NCBI GenBank assembly: GCA_043228905.1
Contig: JBHGNT010001250.1
Span: 1-10,629 of the forward strand
Direction: 5' to 3'
Source: Azolla caroliniana
Lineage: Eukaryota; Plantae; Polypodiophyta
DNA: 10,629 nucleotides
Part shown: positions 7,001 to 10,629 of the stretch, piece after piece
Position numbering within the stretch: the first letter of the stretch is position 1
Layout of the letters: every line of letters begins with the position of its first letter
The notes under the pieces: model-generated
What the model was told of the DNA's origin: nothing
Database searches by the model: none
The model's input: only the letters and a program-made list of their open reading frames with translations
Position numbers and translations under genes: made by a program

Positions 7001-9937
7001 TAGATGATTACAGAAGAAAATGATGCATGATAACGAAAATTTCTAGCTTTATATTATGCTCTTTAAAATGCTTTCTCTGAAGTTTTTTGTGTCAGTTTTT
7101 AAGGTTTAATTATGGTTATTGGTGATGATATGCAGTCTTTGATTGGCCATTTCGACTTGGATCCAAATCGTGTGTGTGATATAGTAAGTGAGCTTCAACT
7201 TTTTGGAATTTATTGATTGACTTCTTATTAGGTTACCCACTACGTAATAGGTTCTGACCTGATGCAGTAAAGTTTTTTTTACTCAACCTACTCATCAGAG
7301 AATTTTATGTACGTGCACACATATACACATCAAATAAGCTGTTGAATGATTCTGTAGACAATAAAAAATATACAGAACTTTTATGATTGATTCAAATGCT
7401 CAAGTACATTTCGGTGCATCCATATAATTTTGGCTCATTTTTTCAGTTTCCTCAGTGTCCAGATCTATATCTTGAAATTCAAAGGATCCTTACAAGAGAG
7501 CCTTGATACCATTGAAGTGGATGATGGTCTGAGAGTGACAAGAAATGTCACATACCACTCCTTGTTTACAAGTCAACTTACCTAGAATGCTATGGGAAGT
7601 AAAAAGTGGCTCATCAAAATATGCACATGTGGATATAACATTACATTGGCTACTGTTGTCCATCCAAGCCTTATGTCTAGAGATAATATCCCAAGTCTGT
7701 TGTTGCATGTGTGATTGAAGGCTGTGTTGGGATACAACTCACATATAAGTTTACTGTGGAGAACAAGAAAGCTGTGCAGTGTAAACCCAACTTAAGAGAG
7801 GGTTCCATCAAAAGTTCTTGAGTTGGAATTCTGAGCTTGGTTAACCTTTAAAGGGATTTATTTGGACAGTTATACTCATTGAATCTGGCTATTATTATCA
7901 CAATTCACCACCCTCTATTATGAATACAAGAATGCAAAATTTGTACTGGCACCTAGGTGTCTTGCCTATAACATTCACTTTGTTCACAGAAAACATATAC
8001 AAGAGGCAATTCATAGGCTTCTAGTAGCAGATTGTCACAGGCATACTTGGCTACAAATTATGGAAGGATATCCCAGTTGGTCTATCAGGATGTGTAAAAA
8101 GGAGACACCATTGCCTGTATATATAAGGCTTTGGCCGACTCCACAAGTTAATAGAATATGAAGACCAACAATGTTTGGTACTATTCTTTCAATAAATCTA
8201 TAGATATAGAAAGAACAAAAGAAAGAATGGAAGAAAAAGAGGGGAGAAAGATAATTTGACATCTTTTAAGAGGCCAAAATAGCCTCAGAGATGAGCAAGT
8301 GATTACATCCTAAAATATTCTCTCATCTTTGAAACCAACAGACTAAATAAATATAACGAAATTAATAAAATTGTCTAAGGTACCCGACAACATGTTAGCT
8401 AAGCATTTCACATTTTAAGCATAGATGATTGAAACTTCTGCCTTCCTGAGATTTCACATGTGCCTATTGAAGATGGTGAGGTTTTCAAAGTGAGGGAAGC
8501 GTTTTTGGTCTTTCAGTGATAATAGGCTTGATTTGGCCTATGTGCAATGAAAACTGCTGTTTTGAGATCTGTCATAAGCCCTTACAAATGTTGTGATGGT
8601 CAGAGGACAACTTTATGGTTGCAAATTTATATCATTCTGCCAAAATTTTCTTTAGCATTATCGCTTGTCCCACTCCCATATTACAGTTCAATCAAGGATT
8701 GTACAAGTAGGGTCTTCATCACAATATTCTAAAGGGTTAATAATAAATTGTGCAGGAGCAATTTATGGTGCATGTAGGCACATCTAATATCTTTGCCCCA
8801 GTTATATTATTTTACTGATTTATAAATACTCATTTTGGTTTATTCTCCAGATGTGACACCATTTATGCATACCATTGTAGTGTCTTAAGAGACATTAATA
8901 AGTTTCATGCATATTTATGGATTCAAAGATTGGCATTCATGGGGAGAATAAAATATCTATTGTATACTGGTGCGTATGAGTGTTTTGGTACAATTTATGG
9001 TGCATGTAATAAATTGCGCAGGAGCAATTTATGGTGCATGTAGGCACATCTAATATCTTTGCCCCAGTTTTATTATTTTACTGATTTATAAATACTCATT
9101 TTGCTTTATTCTCCAGATGAGACACCATTTATGCATACCATTTTAGTGTCTTAAGAGACATTAATAAGTCTCATGCATATTTATGGATTCAAAGATTGGC
9201 ATTCATGGGGAGAATAAAATATCTATTGTATACTGGTGCGATGAGTGTTTTGGTACAAGATTTTTATGCGATGTTTGTGGCCAGCTTCTTACATGCTGGC
9301 CCTAGAGAAAAACATTAGTATCATTTTAGTTTGGAGGCAAATGAATGTCATATCATTAAAGGAGAAATTAGAAAGTCAAAAGACCCAGAAAAGCTGAGTA
9401 TGGGCACATATAACCTGGCCAATATACAGAACTGTCCCAAGGTAGAGGGAATCAGGCTATAATTCTATTTGATTATTTCAACCGAAGTTTTTGCTTTTGT
9501 AAATGGGATTTGACTATTCTATTTGGCATGCTGCTCTGTTCTATGTGGTATTGTTATGTTAATCTAATGCCATCGTATGGAATAATATTTCTCGTTAAAG
9601 ATGGCTGATATTTTTTATATGTGCTGTGTAGGTTCTGGAGTGTTATGAATTGCAACCAGATAACACTGCATTTCTGGAACTGATTCCTTTGTTTCCCAAG
9701 GTTGAGGTTCAACCAACCATTTAAATTCTGTTTTTTCATACGTTTGAGATGATGCACTTTGTTATTCGTTATACAATGAAAAGTCTTGTTTTCAATGGTA
9801 CAGTCCCACACATCCCATATATTGGGCTTCAAGTTCCAGTATTATCAACGCCCAGAAGTTAAGGATAATGTGCCAGATGGACTTTACATATTGGCTGCTA
9901 CATTAATCAAAGCAAACTTTATTGATCTCGAAAGCGT
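925..9937 (+). CDS. THO2: THO complex subunit 2 (THO2/THOC2), 5' part of a multi-exon gene; 10 coding exons in the window, 3'-incomplete
   Basis: Splicing ten exons at GT-AG boundaries gives one stop-free frame: [17 protein letters not shown]...[16 protein letters not shown]...[90 protein letters not shown]...[59 protein letters not shown]...FIDLES. The motifs [37 protein letters not shown] and ILGFKFQYY match the THO2 N-terminus as I recall it. Confidence 0.96.
1214..2035 (+). repeat. Degenerate purine-rich minisatellite in intron 1, about 10 units of 59-100 bp
   Basis: The core (A/G)GATTTTATTTG(C/A)TGAAGAGAAGGAAATG recurs with variants at about 1214, 1314, 1411, 1493, 1583, 1642, 1733, 1809, 1899 and 1975. 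The sub-motifs TCAAGGAAAG and TTTCTTATGAA recur between cores. Confidence 0.88.
2392..2815. mobile_element. Possible decayed non-autonomous DNA transposon (MITE-like) with GGTT(C/T)/AACCG subterminal-type repeats
   Basis: Dense short motifs (AACGGTTTGGTTTGAGCC, GGTTCAACCGTTT, GGTTCAGGTTTG, GGGTTCAGTTTGAGCC, GGTTTGGTTT) form two clusters around an AT-rich centre, starting after TAGGAATCAGCAACGGTTTGG. I identified no intact TIR or TSD. Confidence 0.35.
2815..3517 (+). repeat. Tandem repeat of a ~291-296 bp unit, about 2.4 copies, in intron 1
   Basis: Units start TACATTA(A/G)AT(G/A)CTA(G/C)TCTATGAA at 2815, 3106 and 3402. All three share CAGGAAGTT, CTTTATC, AATCT(A/G)AGGA and ATATTCCT. The two full copies also share ATTAGGTTAAATG and ACAATAAGCCATGATTC and end in AGGTGGCC. 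Confidence 0.93.
3933..4058 (+). CDS. THO2: THO2 coding exon 2 (42 codons, [42 protein letters not shown])
   Basis: Acceptor TTCATAG| ending at 3932, donor GAG|GTATGT at 4059. VRGDLP corresponds to the THO2 VRGELP motif. Confidence 0.92.
4131..4172 (+). CDS. THO2: THO2 coding exon 3 (14 codons, [14 protein letters not shown])
   Basis: Acceptor TTTGCAG| ending at 4130, donor TTG|GTAATG at 4173. Similar to the THO2 segment LTMSGDxRxRLIKL. Confidence 0.88.
4286..4345 (+). CDS. THO2: THO2 coding exon 4 (20 codons, [20 protein letters not shown])
   Basis: Acceptor CTTAG| ending at 4285, donor GAG|GTACCT at 4346. Contains the RLxQERCE motif. Confidence 0.92.
4438..4500 (+). CDS. THO2: THO2 coding exon 5 (21 codons, [21 protein letters not shown])
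   Basis: Acceptor TTCTTAG| ending at 4437, donor GAG|GTGAGT at 4501. Contains the EFLWEAxMxKIKAxDLK motif. Confidence 0.94.
5434..5501 (+). repeat. Dispersed intronic element, partial copy 1 (direct repeat of 5712-5779)
   Basis: Ungapped 68-bp alignment with 5712-5779 (offset 278), with 57/68 identities by manual count. Confidence 0.85.
5667..5796 (+). repeat. Dispersed intronic element, copy 2, ending in (CTTT)5CTT
   Basis: Matches 5434-5501 directly and 8245-8354 in reverse complement. The tetranucleotide run is at 5774-5796. Confidence 0.85.
6315..6395 (+). CDS. THO2: THO2 coding exon 6 (27 codons, [27 protein letters not shown])
   Basis: Acceptor TTTCCAG| ending at 6314, donor CTG|GTATGA at 6396. 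Carries the strongly conserved N-terminal THO2 motif ([15 protein letters not shown]). Confidence 0.96.
6506..6580 (+). CDS. THO2: THO2 coding exon 7 (25 codons, [25 protein letters not shown])
   Basis: Tandem acceptor TAGCAG| (6500-6505), so the exon could start at 6503 or 6506. Donor AAG|GTTTCC at 6581. Fits the variable xTLL...IK linker expected between exons 6 and 8. Confidence 0.85.
7136..7183 (+). CDS. THO2: THO2 coding exon 8 (16 codons, [16 protein letters not shown])
   Basis: Acceptor ATGCAG| ending at 7135, donor ATA|GTAAGT at 7184. Contains the [13 protein letters not shown] motif. Confidence 0.95.
8245..8354 (-). repeat. Dispersed intronic element, copy 3 (inverted relative to the intron 5 copies)
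   Basis: TCTTTTAAGAGGCCAAAAT (8262-8280) is the exact reverse complement of ATTTTGGCCTCTTAAAAGA (5744-5762). The flanking blocks AGAAAGATA, GATTACAT, TCTTTGA and AAATAAATAT also match colinearly. Confidence 0.85.
8470..8600 (+). mobile_element. Possible highly decayed LINE ORF2 3'-end fragment
   Basis: Translation gives GKRFW (8494-8508), then after a 1-nt frameshift [16 protein letters not shown]. This resembles the W...IWxxWxERNxRxF motif near the C-terminus of plant L1-type ORF2. The similarity is weak and judged from memory. Confidence 0.25.
8741..9258 (+). repeat. Recent tandem duplication in intron 8: 8741-8993 (253 bp) and 9007-9258 (252 bp), separated by a 13-nt filler
   Basis: The copies differ by 6 substitutions and one 1-nt indel by manual comparison (about 97% identity). 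Confidence 0.96.
9632..9700 (+). CDS. THO2: THO2 coding exon 9 (23 codons, [23 protein letters not shown])
   Basis: Acceptor GTGTAG| ending at 9631, donor AAG|GTTGAG at 9701. Matches VLxCxELxxD...FLxLIPxFPK. Confidence 0.94.
9804..9937 (+). CDS. THO2: THO2 coding exon 10 (44 codons + 2 nt, [44 protein letters not shown]+GT)
   Basis: Acceptor GTACAG| ending at 9803, consensus donor GT|GTAAGT at 9938 (phase 2). Contains the [11 protein letters not shown] motif. I did not find the next exon before the window ends. Confidence 0.92.
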
Positions 9938-10629
9938 GTAAGTATATTGTTTGGTTAAGAGTAACATTGGTTTCCATTATTGTTTATGCATGGTTGGCTA
10001 AGTAAAATAATGAATTGTAACATTGTTTTTCATGGGCATATTGTGTTAAGCTAGAACCTTCTTCCAACCATGAACTCACTTCATAGTCAAGACTGTATTC
10101 TTGATTATTCACTTCTTAGTTTTTACATCATGCGTCATGTCCACTCTGTCAGAAAACTGTTATGAATAGGAGTAAGATGCCAAATATGCTAGCAGCAGCA
10201 GGAAAATAAAGTAAATAAGAATTGTATTTCTTAGTGAGGCACAAAGCCTTTAATTACAAATAATAAGAATAGGGTCTGTAACACATGCAATTATGAAAGG
10301 CGATAAAATATGTCTAGGAACATAATGAGTTAAAGTAAAGTAGCGGAGGGAAAAACAATGCAATAAATGCTGTAGTAAAGTAATGACAGGTTCAAAAGTC
10401 AAATGAAATAAATACTGGAATAAAGTGAATCGAGAGAGAAATGTGAGGAGATTGTGAAATATGTTGTTGCAAACAAAAGGTATGGAAAGAGTGTGAAATC
10501 ATTGTCAGATATGATTTTTCGAACCTTCGTGGATGTCCCTATTTTAATTAAAGATACCCATTCACAAAACCTAGATAATGCTTCACATTTGGCTGGAAGT
10601 AACTAAACTCAAACTGTGTAAGAAATCAT

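Noticed and set aside
6728-8262. Minus-strand ORFs 6728-6955, 7490-7708 and 8035-8262 as a nested antisense gene
   Set aside because: They are short, show no recognisable domain and no coherent exon chain, and are compatible with chance ORFs or unrecognisable repeat remnants.
9554-9832. 92-aa minus-strand ORF
   Set aside because: It is an antisense shadow of exons 9-10 and intron 9, with no recognisable protein features.
9936-9943. Alternative donor GT at 9936 (GTGTAAGT), which would make intron 10 phase 0
   Set aside because: GTAAGT at 9938 is a perfect consensus donor and is preferred. This cannot be fully confirmed because the next exon lies outside the window.

Overview
This is eukaryotic, plant-type genomic DNA. 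It contains the putative promoter/5' leader and the first ten coding exons (274 codons + 2 nt) of a + strand gene for THO complex subunit 2 (THO2/THOC2, the scaffold of the THO/TREX mRNA export complex). The gene continues past the right edge of the window. Deduced CDS: join(925..1050,3933..4058,4131..4172,4286..4345,4438..4500,6315..6395,6506..6580,7136..7183,9632..9700,9804..9937...). All introns with both ends visible are GT-AG, and the first nine are all phase 0. The supplied ORF track is almost entirely spurious. The long introns hold the unusual structure. Intron 1 has a 10-unit degenerate purine-rich minisatellite with a 166-bp higher-order repeat, and a 2.4-copy ~293-bp tandem repeat. 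A dispersed ~110-bp element lies in opposite orientations in introns 5 and 8, bracketing the frame-preserving exon 6-8 block, which is a candidate circRNA or exon-skipping architecture. Intron 8 has a recent 253-bp tandem duplication with a templated filler at its junction. Exon 7 has a NAGNAG acceptor. The protein was identified from my recollection of THO2 sequences; no database search was run.
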